The position numbers and the translations under genes were made by a program. Below are positions 1 to 8,455 of a stretch of DNA of 64,000 nt, one piece after another (the stretch's first letter is position 1; each line of letters starts with the position of its first letter). Below the pieces are notes generated by a model. That model searched no databases. It was not told the origin of the DNA and saw only the letters and a list, made by a program, of their open reading frames with translations. This DNA is from a virus (lineage: Duplodnaviria; Caudoviricetes). Location: positions 1 through 64,000 of the IMG/VR virus record IMGVR_UViG_3300027715_000010; one strand, 5' to 3'.

Positions 1-7
1 AAAAACA

Positions 8-721
8 ATGAAAACATTTAAAGTATTTTTAAAAGAAGGCAAACTTAACGAAGCTGGTGATATACTTGCTAACTTAAAGGCCTTGGACAAAAACGTTAGA
101 AAGATTATTGAAACTATGAAATATGGTTCTTTATCTGGTTATTCAACACGTTTAGAGAATGGCTGGAACAACATTATGAAAGCATCTAAGTATAACAATA
201 GAGCTATGATTGATTTTAAAGATGTTATTGGCACATTAACTTATTTGGTTTCTAATAATAAAGGACCAGCTAGTGCAGCAAAAACATTAAAAGCAAAATT
301 AATGGCTGCCGAAGGTTTAGGTGAAAGCAAACTTAATGAAGCATCTCTTAAAGATGAAATCAGTGGTTTAATTCTAAAACTAACAGACAGAGATGTTAGT
401 GGTAACTTATACGACATTAGAAAAGATTTAGAAAAAGATCCAAAATCACATAAGTTTACTAAAGACCAAATTAAAACTGTTGAAGGTGCTATTGAAAGAT
501 TAGCATCTAATTGGTATTTAATTCGCAGTAAAGGCTTAAGTCGTGGTGTTATGAAAGAAGTTAATGCTGTTGTAGAAGCAATAAACGATTTACGTCATCA
601 ACTAACTCCTGATTTACAAGGTGAATTAAGATTAGACCAAAGATTACTAAGTGGTTTAATCAATTCAGTAAATAAAGTGTTAGATGCTGCTCGTAGCGGT
701 AACTATAACATATTAGGATAA
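8..721 (+). CDS. Putative internal head protein / polyprotein with capsid-targeting leader
   Basis: N-term MKTFKVFLKE resembles the T4 IP leader (MKTYQEFIAE); internal KLNE sites fit gp21 (L/I)-x-E specificity. Confidence 0.6.
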   Translation: MKTFKVFLKEGKLNEAGDILANLKALDKNVRKIIETMKYGSLSGYSTRLENGWNNIMKASKYNNRAMIDFKDVIGTLTYLVSNNKGPASAAKTLKAKLMAAEGLGESKLNEASLKDEISGLILKLTDRDVSGNLYDIRKDLEKDPKSHKFTKDQIKTVEGAIERLASNWYLIRSKGLSRGVMKEVNAVVEAINDLRHQLTPDLQGELRLDQRLLSGLINSVNKVLDAARSGNYNILG

Positions 722-725
722 AACA

Positions 726-1004
726 ATGATAAAAGAATCCCATAGATCTGGTGATAAAGTTGCTTTTGATAATATCAGTGGTGGTATAGCTATTGAGATG
801 GTACCAGCTAATCCAAAAGAAGATTTTGAAGCACACTGTATTCTTAGCTGCTTTGGTAGTATCGGTGGTAATCCTTATAAATTAGTTGCAAAAGGTAAGG
901 ATTTATCTGTACTAACAAGACAAATACAAAACGATTTACTTAATGCAGCCAATAAACTAGATGCAGAAGTAAAGTCTATTATGAACAAATATGGATTTAA
1001 GTAA
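726..1004 (+). CDS. Hypothetical protein, possible internal head protein (MIKE leader)
   Basis: ORF tightly packed in the IP-like cluster; very short I-x-E leader. Confidence 0.45.
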   Translation: MIKESHRSGDKVAFDNISGGIAIEMVPANPKEDFEAHCILSCFGSIGGNPYKLVAKGKDLSVLTRQIQNDLLNAANKLDAEVKSIMNKYGFK

Positions 1005-1006
1005 AA

Positions 1007-1543
1007 ATGTTTAAAGTGATATTAAAGGAAGTTAGTACAAAACCAAGTCTTGATTATTATCTAAAATCTGAAAAAGAAAATGCGTCAAAATTGGAAACTA
1101 TAAAGAAAACACTAACAACTGAAAGATCCAAGTTAAACAAAAGTATAAACGATATGACTTCTGATAAGGTTCTTAAAATATTTGACAAGCATATATTTAA
1201 TACTGGTAATCTTAATTATCACGATATAAGTTCCTGGTATAATAGTATCAAGGTTTCCTTAGAAGAAATTAAAAGAATATGGGAAGATTATAACCGTGAT
1301 ATAATTAAGAACTCAGGAATACTATACAGATTTGAAACACCATTTCGTAGATTACATAACTTACAACCAAGATTAAATAATATAGATGATGTTTTTACGG
1401 AGTCTGGTATAAATAGTAATAATCTAGACAAATTAGAAAAAGATATCAATAGTTATACTGATATTGCACAAAGACAATATAATTTAATGATTGATAGAGA
1501 CGTTATATCACACGAATTAGAAAGATTAAAGGCAAAACAATGA
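1007..1543 (+). CDS. Putative internal head protein
   Basis: N-term MFKVILKE leader; helical body. Confidence 0.55.
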   Translation: MFKVILKEVSTKPSLDYYLKSEKENASKLETIKKTLTTERSKLNKSINDMTSDKVLKIFDKHIFNTGNLNYHDISSWYNSIKVSLEEIKRIWEDYNRDIIKNSGILYRFETPFRRLHNLQPRLNNIDDVFTESGINSNNLDKLEKDINSYTDIAQRQYNLMIDRDVISHELERLKAKQ

Positions 1544-1767
1544 AAAGCTTTAATAGATTCTTAAACGAAGCCAATGATGGTGAACCAGAAAAGTACTATG
1601 TGATAGCTAAAAAGTATCGCAAAGTAAGTGAAACCAACCTTGGCTCTTATCCTGATAGTGATACTGCGCAGTCCAAAATTAAAAGTCTGCGTGATATGTC
1701 AGCTGATAAAGAAGACGAATATACTGAATATAAATCTGTTAAAGCTTCAACTTATGATAAGGAATAA
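1540..1767 (+). CDS. Putative internal head protein
   Basis: N-term MKSFNRFLNE leader; body resembles the C-terminal module of 32916..33806. Confidence 0.6.
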   Translation: MKSFNRFLNEANDGEPEKYYVIAKKYRKVSETNLGSYPDSDTAQSKIKSLRDMSADKEDEYTEYKSVKASTYDKE

Positions 1768-1770
1768 AAT

Positions 1771-2130
1771 ATGTTTAAAGTTGTACTAAAAGAAGATATC
1801 AAATCTGACTTTGCTAGATTATTCAACTCATATAAGACTATTATTGGCAATCTAATGTCAGATAGAGATCTAGTTGGTGGTGAATTATTAAGTTTTGCTA
1901 ATGATTATATATCTGTAATCCAACCAAAAGTAAGTAAAGGACAATCTATACCAGAATCCGAAGCTTATGGGTTAAAAGCAAATATCAGCCAGATACTTAA
2001 AAGACTTGAAAAATCAAATAGTCCTAAGGTTAGTCAACTTGTAAAGAATCTATCTGGAATCTACTCTGATTTATCAAAACTTATTAGTGCAAAGGCATTT
2101 ATAAAAGAATCTAAGTTAGTTATAAAATAA
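1771..2130 (+). CDS. Putative internal head protein
   Basis: N-term MFKVVLKE leader; C-term FIKESKL. Confidence 0.55.
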   Translation: MFKVVLKEDIKSDFARLFNSYKTIIGNLMSDRDLVGGELLSFANDYISVIQPKVSKGQSIPESEAYGLKANISQILKRLEKSNSPKVSQLVKNLSGIYSDLSKLISAKAFIKESKLVIK

Positions 2131-2225
2131 CTCTTGACAATTCTAAGAATTAGTATATAAATGAATTATTGTTGTCCAGTTGTAAAACTTGACTTCATCT
2201 ACTTGAAACAAAAAAATCCTTGAAA

Positions 2226-2233
2226 TATAAATA
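2226..2233 (+). promoter_or_regulatory. T4-type late promoter TATAAATA
   Basis: Exact gp55-type consensus upstream of RBS GGAGGT and ATG 2265. Confidence 0.75.
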
Positions 2234-2264
2234 CCTTCGTAGAAACAACGGAGGTATTTTTATT

Positions 2265-2828
2265 ATGTATGCAATCGGTATAGATTATTCAACAACAAGT
2301 CCAGCTATTTGTATTCATCACGGTGATAGTTTTTCTTTCTCTAACTGCAAGTTCCTAGTACTCAATAATACCAAGAAGTACTACGGCTGCTATCTTAATT
2401 CAATCTATTGTAAATCAGTCTCAGAGCATCCAACCAAGATTATTCGTTATTCCAATATAGCTGATGAGATGATTAGTTTCATAAAAGAAAACATACCAAA
2501 CAAAGAGCTCGTAAGAATTGCTTTAGAAGACTATGCCTTTGGAGCAATGGGTAGAGTATTCCATATAGCTGAGAACTGTGGTCTACTTAAATATAAACTA
2601 TGGTCTCAATTAAATATCATACCAGATGAAATATCCCCAACACATATAAAGAAACTAGCTACTGGCAAAGGCTCCGGCAAAAAGGATCTTATCTACCAAG
2701 CCTTTCTAGAAGAAACTAAGATAGATTTAATACAAGTGCTTGATTATAAAAAGAAAGAACCAGGTAGTCCAGTGTCAGATTTAATAGATGCTTATTATAT
2801 AGCTAAAACTGCGCATAATTTACAGTAA
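2265..2828 (+). CDS. RuvC-like Holliday junction resolvase / RNase H-fold nuclease
   Basis: IGIDYS..SPAIC, ALEDY, PTHIKKLATGKG, DLIDAYYIA motifs; start moved to ATG 2265 (RBS GGAGGT). Confidence 0.75.
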   Translation: MYAIGIDYSTTSPAICIHHGDSFSFSNCKFLVLNNTKKYYGCYLNSIYCKSVSEHPTKIIRYSNIADEMISFIKENIPNKELVRIALEDYAFGAMGRVFHIAENCGLLKYKLWSQLNIIPDEISPTHIKKLATGKGSGKKDLIYQAFLEETKIDLIQVLDYKKKEPGSPVSDLIDAYYIAKTAHNLQ

Positions 2829-2837
2829 AGATTTCTA

Positions 2838-2866
2838 TTGACTTTTTGTTTTGTTTATGTTATATA
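2838..2866 (+). promoter_or_regulatory. Early sigma70-type promoter
   Basis: TTGACT-N17-TATATA with TGT extension. Confidence 0.7.
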
Positions 2867-2898
2867 GGAAAAGTAACTTAATAGGAAAGGGAACCAAA

Positions 2899-3099
2899 AT
2901 GTTACTAGCTAAAATAATCACAGATGAAGAATATAATAGAATACAGTCTGCTAAAGCCGAGCAATCAAAACAAAGAACCAAGGATCTAAAAGAGTTCTAT
3001 ATCAGTGAACTATATGCCAGAGATGGCTATGTCGTTGATAAAGATGGCAAAAAATTACAGATGAGCGAAGTTCTTCCTAATGAAACAACTAAACTATAA
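2899..3099 (+). CDS. Hypothetical protein
   Basis: ATG 2899 after purine-rich RBS, downstream of early promoter. Confidence 0.6.
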   Translation: MLLAKIITDEEYNRIQSAKAEQSKQRTKDLKEFYISELYARDGYVVDKDGKKLQMSEVLPNETTKL

Positions 3100-4015
3100 T
3101 TTTAGTAATATCCACTATGTATCATCTACTTACGAGACTGATAAGTTAATAGGTATGAATACATTAAACGAGTTGGATTATTCTACAATGAAAGAACATA
3201 CCGAAAAAGTATTGCAGGAAGATCTAAGTTTGATACCAGACTGGGAATTCCGTTCTTTGGGTAAATTGTTTATGCTTTCCGAATTTGGTGCACAATTATC
3301 ACCAGAAGATATCGAATATCGTGATACAAAGATGAAAGTTCTGCTAGGTATGTACCAAAAAGTTATTTCGACCCCACCAGTCGTTAAGAAAAGGGGCAAG
3401 GAATTGATGTTATACCAGTATATCGAGGACGAGATTCTACTTGGAACCAAAAATATAGAAAATATCAAACGAAAAATCGATGAATTCACAAAAAATTCAC
3501 GTGATACTGCATTAGAAAAATTAAATGTTGATATTAATGATGAGTATATTGCTGATGATATTAAAGAATTCTATACAAAAGTAATTGAGATACTTAAAGC
3601 TTCAAAGATGCTTACAAATCCACAAGAGAAGAAAGAGCTATCCGTATTTCAAAAGATTAAGAATACCTTGCATCTAAAAGAGTTTCAAGAATTAAAATCA
3701 GTGAAACTTGAAAAAGTATTTGACTCCGTGGTGCTTTATGTGTATGATACGAATAATAGGAAGCTTAGTAGATATGTAGCTAAGGAAGGAATGACACTTG
3801 AAATTCTACGTTGTGATATTCTTAATTATGATACTGAGAAGTCCTTTAGAAAAACAATTAGAGAGAACAAGGTAAACGAAGTTCTAAATGAGATGAATAC
3901 AATAGCCAGGGTGCCAGCAAGGAAACTATTTGAAAGTATCAATAGTACTCCGCAAGAAGTTACTGGCAGGACTGGTAGAAACATTATATTATTTAGAACA
4001 GAAAAGGTAGATTAA
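3080..4015 (+). CDS. Conserved T4-like phage hypothetical protein
   Basis: C-term LYVYDT..RKL..Y...KS.RKTIR...TGR....ILFR pattern recalled from T4-like phages. Confidence 0.55.
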   Translation: MKQLNYNFSNIHYVSSTYETDKLIGMNTLNELDYSTMKEHTEKVLQEDLSLIPDWEFRSLGKLFMLSEFGAQLSPEDIEYRDTKMKVLLGMYQKVISTPPVVKKRGKELMLYQYIEDEILLGTKNIENIKRKIDEFTKNSRDTALEKLNVDINDEYIADDIKEFYTKVIEILKASKMLTNPQEKKELSVFQKIKNTLHLKEFQELKSVKLEKVFDSVVLYVYDTNNRKLSRYVAKEGMTLEILRCDILNYDTEKSFRKTIRENKVNEVLNEMNTIARVPARKLFESINSTPQEVTGRTGRNIILFRTEKVD

Positions 4016-4017
4016 GT

Positions 4018-4167
4018 ATGTTTGAATTACAAAAACAAAGTGGTAATAGTTGGAGAAGAGTAGCTTTCTTTAAAGATATAGAAGAAGCTAAGAACTATAT
4101 TACTTTAATGAAGGAAAAATATAAACATCAAGTTTATAGACTAGTGCAAATCATAGAAGAAAGGTAG
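4018..4167 (+). CDS. Small hypothetical protein (49 aa)
   Basis: Hand-translated ORF MFELQKQSG...EER filling the gap between neighbours. Confidence 0.55.
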   Translation: MFELQKQSGNSWRRVAFFKDIEEAKNYITLMKEKYKHQVYRLVQIIEER

Positions 4168-4174
4168 TTTTATT

Positions 4175-4558
4175 ATGGATTTCAGTGATGTAAAGACCAA
4201 GTTTAATCTAGATGACACTGTCTACTTGAAAAAAGATGATGCTGTTATAGAAGGTACTATTATAAGCATAAAAGTTGATATTGATGTTTGTAATAGCTTT
4301 ATTGGTGATATGCGTGATATTACAATAATTTATACAGTAAATCTAGGAAACTATAAACTAGAAGTTAAAGAATGTGATAATATGTTATTCTCTAGTTTAG
4401 AAGAAGTTGGTAATCGTGATAAAGCTATTCGTCTAATGTATTTAGAGAATCTAAGGAGTAGTATCATTGAACTTAATAAAAAATATAATAAAGCCTTAGA
4501 AGAAAACAATGAAGAATTGGTACGACTTGAAAAAGAAATAGAAAAATTGAAAGGATAA
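4175..4558 (+). CDS. Hypothetical protein, paralogue family A (beta-barrel-like N-term + coiled coil)
   Basis: TKFNLDDTVY start, EKEIEKLKG end shared with 5124..5501. Confidence 0.7.
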   Translation: MDFSDVKTKFNLDDTVYLKKDDAVIEGTIISIKVDIDVCNSFIGDMRDITIIYTVNLGNYKLEVKECDNMLFSSLEEVGNRDKAIRLMYLENLRSSIIELNKKYNKALEENNEELVRLEKEIEKLKG

Positions 4559-4570
4559 GACTATGGAAAT
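4527..4570 (+). repeat. 44-bp direct repeat, copy 1 (copy 2 at 5470..5513)
   Basis: TTGAAAAAGAAATAGAAAAATTGAAAGGATAAG[A/T]CTATGGAAAT, one mismatch. Confidence 0.9.
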
Positions 4571-4904
4571 TGTAAAAGAAATTAAAAAACAAGTAATTTC
4601 TTATACTTGTGATGGTTGTGGCTGTCCAATTAAGGATAATAACAGAGGACAATTCAACTTTGATATGCGTCATAATACAAGACCTTATGATGATGAAAAT
4701 TCTCTTGGTTTTGAAATGACTATTGCCGGAGACTACTGTAGGACCTGTATGCGGATATTTGTAGAAGCATTTCTTAAGGCAGTTAAAGACTTTCCAGAAA
4801 GATATGATAACGATCGTGATAAAAAAGAAAAAGAATTATTTGAGAAGTCAAAGTCAGATCCAGAAATACAAAAAGCAATAAAAAATGAAGATGATGAGTG
4901 GTAA
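4563..4904 (+). CDS. Hypothetical Zn-binding protein
   Basis: CDGC ... CRTC. Confidence 0.6.
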   Translation: MEIVKEIKKQVISYTCDGCGCPIKDNNRGQFNFDMRHNTRPYDDENSLGFEMTIAGDYCRTCMRIFVEAFLKAVKDFPERYDNDRDKKEKELFEKSKSDPEIQKAIKNEDDEW

Positions 4905-5127
4905 AATGGATATACAAGAAAATAATATAATTAAGTTAGATAATAAAAATGTAAAACCTGGTTATATTAAGTGCATAAAACAAAATGACGACAGTTTGCT
5001 ATGCAGATCTTACTATGGAGAAAGCCAAACTGATAATGCTGGTATCGCAGTAATTGCATTATTTATAGTATTTTTTATTATTACATTGGTATCATTATCA
5101 CTAGCATCTAGACGGAGTAAAGAATGA
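4885..5127 (+). CDS. Hypothetical membrane-anchored protein
   Basis: C-terminal hydrophobic helix. Confidence 0.55.
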   Translation: MKMMSGKMDIQENNIIKLDNKNVKPGYIKCIKQNDDSLLCRSYYGESQTDNAGIAVIALFIVFFIITLVSLSLASRRSKE

Positions 5128-5501
5128 AAACAAAAAGCATTGAAACCAAATATAATCTCGGGGATAAGGTATTCATTAAAACCATTGACGGTGTCAAAGA
5201 AACTATAATTTCTTATATAAATGTTGAAGAAATATCAGAACTTAATAGTGAGCCAAAGAACCGTGTTGAGATACAATATGGCACAGAAGATGGAAAGTAT
5301 TTTTGGGAAGAAGATAAAAAGATATTGGTAGAGAAAAATAAGGAAAAATTAGAAAAACTAATCAAGAAACACCGTAAACAACAACTTGAGAAAGAAAAGA
5401 AACAGATACAAACCAATATAAACAATCATAAAAATGATATTGAGTATGAAAACAAAAGGCTTAAACAAATTGAAAAAGAAATAGAAAAATTGAAAGGATA
5501 A
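5124..5501 (+). CDS. Hypothetical protein, paralogue family A
   Basis: TKYNLGDKVF start, coiled-coil end. Confidence 0.7.
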   Translation: MKTKSIETKYNLGDKVFIKTIDGVKETIISYINVEEISELNSEPKNRVEIQYGTEDGKYFWEEDKKILVEKNKEKLEKLIKKHRKQQLEKEKKQIQTNINNHKNDIEYENKRLKQIEKEIEKLKG

Positions 5502-5513
5502 GTCTATGGAAAT
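5470..5513 (+). repeat. 44-bp direct repeat, copy 2
   Basis: Matches 4527..4570. Confidence 0.9.
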
Positions 5514-5901
5514 AAAAGGAATTACTACAAAACATAACATCGGCGATACTGTATTTTATGCTAATGGCTATGCTAATGAAATTAAGGCAGTTAGTAGCAC
5601 TATCAATAGAATTACTTTTGAACGAGATATCAGTATTAACTCTGTGGGTAAAGAATATAATAATTATAGAGTATGTTATATGCTCACAAGTGGTTATTGG
5701 TTTGAAGAAGATGATGAAAGATTCTTAGTAGAGAAAAATGAAGTTGCCCTTGAAAAACTAATTAAAAAGGATGCTCTTCGTAAATTAAATAGTAAAAAAG
5801 AGCAGTTAGAAGTTAATATAGCAAATCATAAACACTCTATTGAATATGATACTATGATGCTCAAGAATATAAAAAAAGAGATAAAGGACACAAAATGCTA
5901 A
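5506..5901 (+). CDS. Hypothetical protein, paralogue family A
   Basis: TKHNIGDTVF; EED...LVEKN...LEKLIKK shared with 5124..5501. Confidence 0.7.
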   Translation: MEIKGITTKHNIGDTVFYANGYANEIKAVSSTINRITFERDISINSVGKEYNNYRVCYMLTSGYWFEEDDERFLVEKNEVALEKLIKKDALRKLNSKKEQLEVNIANHKHSIEYDTMMLKNIKKEIKDTKC

Positions 5902-6299
5902 CAGAATCTTACATATACTTGGCAAGTCCTTACTGGAACGAAGATCCAGCAATTAGACAAAAGAATGCGACCGCCGTTGCAAAAGTTGCTAGTGTATTAT
6001 TACTCAATAAGTTTCCAGTCTATTGTCCAATCGCAATGGGATGCTATATACAGAACTCATTACCAGAAGATAAGCAGAAGTTGCTTGATAATCCGGAAGT
6101 GTGGTCTGCCAATGAAGATTATATGATTAAACATTGTGATTTTGTCTTATTGGTGACTCTTGATGGTTGGGAAAAGTCTAACGGTGTAAGAAGAGAAACT
6201 GAAATTGCTAAGAAATATGGTAAGCAAGTTATTAGACAGCCATTAGATTACTTTGCAGATTCAAACACTAAGTTAGGTTTTGCAGATTTATTAAAATAA
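5895..6299 (+). CDS. DUF1937-like / nucleoside 2-deoxyribosyltransferase-fold protein
   Basis: IYLASPY, VYCPI, CD.VL...LDGWEKS.GV..E...A. Confidence 0.75.
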   Translation: MLTESYIYLASPYWNEDPAIRQKNATAVAKVASVLLLNKFPVYCPIAMGCYIQNSLPEDKQKLLDNPEVWSANEDYMIKHCDFVLLVTLDGWEKSNGVRRETEIAKKYGKQVIRQPLDYFADSNTKLGFADLLK

Positions 6300-6302
6300 T
6301 AG

Positions 6303-6364
6303 TTGACTTTTCTTTCTTAGTATGTTATATTCATATCATAACAACAAAGAGGGAGACTACAATG
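6303..6364 (+). promoter_or_regulatory. Early promoter + conserved leader/RBS module
   Basis: TTGACT-N17-TATATT, then AGAGGGAGACTACAATG identical to copies at 15836 and 17745. Confidence 0.85.
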
Positions 6365-6604
6365 ACAACAAGAACAGAAATTAAGAATAAAGAACATCTA
6401 AATCTTATATTGAACAAGATGCCAACTAAGTTCTTTAATCGTTTAAGAAAAACTAATATGGAATATGTAGTTATCAACTATAACATATACCAAGATAGTT
6501 ATTGGATTACATTATCCAATAAAGTGGTTCCTGATACATTATACTTTTCAGTATATACAATTCAGGAATTTATTAAAAAAGATTTTAAGAGAGAAAGAAA
6601 CTAA
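6362..6604 (+). CDS. Early hypothetical protein
   Basis: Directly follows the promoter/RBS module. Confidence 0.7.
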   Translation: MTTRTEIKNKEHLNLILNKMPTKFFNRLRKTNMEYVVINYNIYQDSYWITLSNKVVPDTLYFSVYTIQEFIKKDFKRERN

Positions 6605-6605
6605 T

Positions 6606-6650
6606 TCAGGCTCCCTCCTGAGTCGGGGACCGGTAGTGATACTGGTCCCT
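6606..6650 (+). other. Tandem RNA hairpins (CUCCCU-loop hairpin and GUGA-tetraloop hairpin) before rnh
   Basis: TCAGG-ctccct-CCTGA and GGGGACCGGTA-gtga-TACTGGTCCCT; no long U tract. Confidence 0.6.
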
Positions 6651-6673
6651 ATTAAACAAAAAGGAAACCATCA

Positions 6674-7510
6674 ATGATTTTAGTAGATTATAGTCAGATA
6701 TTTCATAGCACAGCTTATGCTACAGCCAGAACACCGGAAATCACTCCAGACTTGATACCACATATAGTTTTTAATACTATCCGTAATATCAAAATGAAGT
6801 TTTCGTCCGAAGAATATGGTGAAATTGTTATTTGTTGTGATAGTAAAAAGAACTGGAGAAAGAGCGTATATGAGTATTATAAAGCCAACAGGCAAAAAAG
6901 TCGTGAAGATTCTGGTATGGATTGGAATTATTTATTTAGTGTGTCGGACAGTATCAAACTGGCTCTCAAAGAAAAGTCCCCGTACAAGGTTATAGAAGTA
7001 GAAACCGCAGAAGGTGATGATATTATTGGAACACTTTCTACTACTTTCGGTAAGCACATTATAGTTTCTAATGATAAAGACTTTGGGCAGTTGCTTGGAC
7101 CTAATGTAAAACAATATGCACCGTTAACTTCAGAATTCATTAAAATTGATAATCCAAAAGCTTTTCTAATAGAACATATTATCAAAGGGGATAGCTCAGA
7201 TGGTATTCCAAATATACTTAGTTCCGACAATGTATTCATTATAAAGGAACGTCAAAAGTCCATTACAGCAAAGTTTCTTGCTTCTATTGAAAGTATAGAA
7301 CAATTAGAAAACTGGTGTAAAACCAATAACTTAGAAGCAAACTTTAAGAGAAATCAAAAACTTATTGATTTGTCTTGCATACCTGCGGACATTAGTTTAT
7401 CTATTATGGAAGAATATGGTAAACCAGCCAAAGGCAATAGAACTACTCTAATGGAGTATTTTATGGCAAATGGTATGGTTAAACTATTGGAAGATTTACA
7501 GAACTTTTAG
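6674..7510 (+). CDS. rnh: T4-type RNase H (5'-3' exonuclease)
   Basis: MILVDYSQI, WRK..Y..YKANR, EGDDIIG, SNDKDF.QL, GDSSDGIPNILS. Confidence 0.95.
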   Translation: MILVDYSQIFHSTAYATARTPEITPDLIPHIVFNTIRNIKMKFSSEEYGEIVICCDSKKNWRKSVYEYYKANRQKSREDSGMDWNYLFSVSDSIKLALKEKSPYKVIEVETAEGDDIIGTLSTTFGKHIIVSNDKDFGQLLGPNVKQYAPLTSEFIKIDNPKAFLIEHIIKGDSSDGIPNILSSDNVFIIKERQKSITAKFLASIESIEQLENWCKTNNLEANFKRNQKLIDLSCIPADISLSIMEEYGKPAKGNRTTLMEYFMANGMVKLLEDLQNF

Positions 7511-7524
7511 AAAGGAAAGTTAAA

Positions 7525-7737
7525 ATGAGTATTAATGATGAAAGTGCTAGAATTCTTAGAAAGTTTATTGTTGATGGACAAGAACTAACTGACTATGACA
7601 GAAAGCATTTAAGAACTAACTTTGAAGATATTGAGTATTGTTTAAGTAGTGATATTAAAGCACTACAAACAGAATTACTAAACGCAGAAAATGAGATTAG
7701 TAATCTGCAAAAAGTTATAGATGAAGACGATGACTAA
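7525..7737 (+). CDS. Hypothetical protein
   Basis: ORF with RBS AAGGA. Confidence 0.6.
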   Translation: MSINDESARILRKFIVDGQELTDYDRKHLRTNFEDIEYCLSSDIKALQTELLNAENEISNLQKVIDEDDD

Positions 7738-8455
7738 AACATCATTGGAAATAGCCAATAAAGTTCTAAAAGAACTTGGTAGAGACCCTATCAAGAGTTT
7801 AGATTCTGCCGGCAATGCCCAACTAAAAGGTGTAATTGATAGAGAATATACCTTACTATCTGGACGTGCTTACTGGGTAGAACTAATCAGAGAGAAGATT
7901 ATTAAGCTAGAGCCAAAGTGTTATGTTTATGATATGCCAACGGATTCTCATCAGATATTAGAGTTATCAATTAATGCTAAAAAACTAATTGGACCAGTAA
8001 CTGGGTATAGATACCGTGAGTTAATAGAATCCAATGCAAAACCTGGAACTCCAGTTTACTATATTATAACAAAGACCCATAGAATTAGTATAACACCAGT
8101 TCCAAATAGTAATTATGATATGTTAGTAAAGTATATTGTCAAATCAGATGTTGATTGTAATATGTTGGATACTAATCTATTATACCTTGGATCCTTATGG
8201 AGATTTAAGAAAGACCTAGGATTTGACTGGCAAGATGATTGTAAGAAATACGAGTCTTTAGTGGTAAAAGCAATTAAAGAAAATGAGAGGAAAACTATGT
8301 CGTTAAAAGATGAATTGAATAAATTAGTTACGGATCTTAAAGAAATCTCAGAACTTGAAGTTGGTGATTTAGTTAAGACAAAACTAAAAGACAAAGCAGT
8401 TGAAGATTATAATAAAAGAATTAGAGAACATAATCTTACTATTGGGAGGATATAA
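7721..8455 (+). CDS. Podophage/prophage-type head-tail adaptor (tail tubular A-like) homologue
   Basis: LEIANKVLKELG..PI.S, GTP.YY, PVP...Y, LL.LG.LWRFK..LG.DW......YE pattern; possible internal start at 8297. Confidence 0.55.
   Translation: MKTMTKTSLEIANKVLKELGRDPIKSLDSAGNAQLKGVIDREYTLLSGRAYWVELIREKIIKLEPKCYVYDMPTDSHQILELSINAKKLIGPVTGYRYRELIESNAKPGTPVYYIITKTHRISITPVPNSNYDMLVKYIVKSDVDCNMLDTNLLYLGSLWRFKKDLGFDWQDDCKKYESLVVKAIKENERKTMSLKDELNKLVTDLKEISELEVGDLVKTKLKDKAVEDYNKRIREHNLTIGRI

Noticed and set aside
2134-2223. TTGACA promoter-like site and 20-codon ORF MNYCCPVV...
   Set aside because: Spacing off-consensus, no RBS; insufficient support
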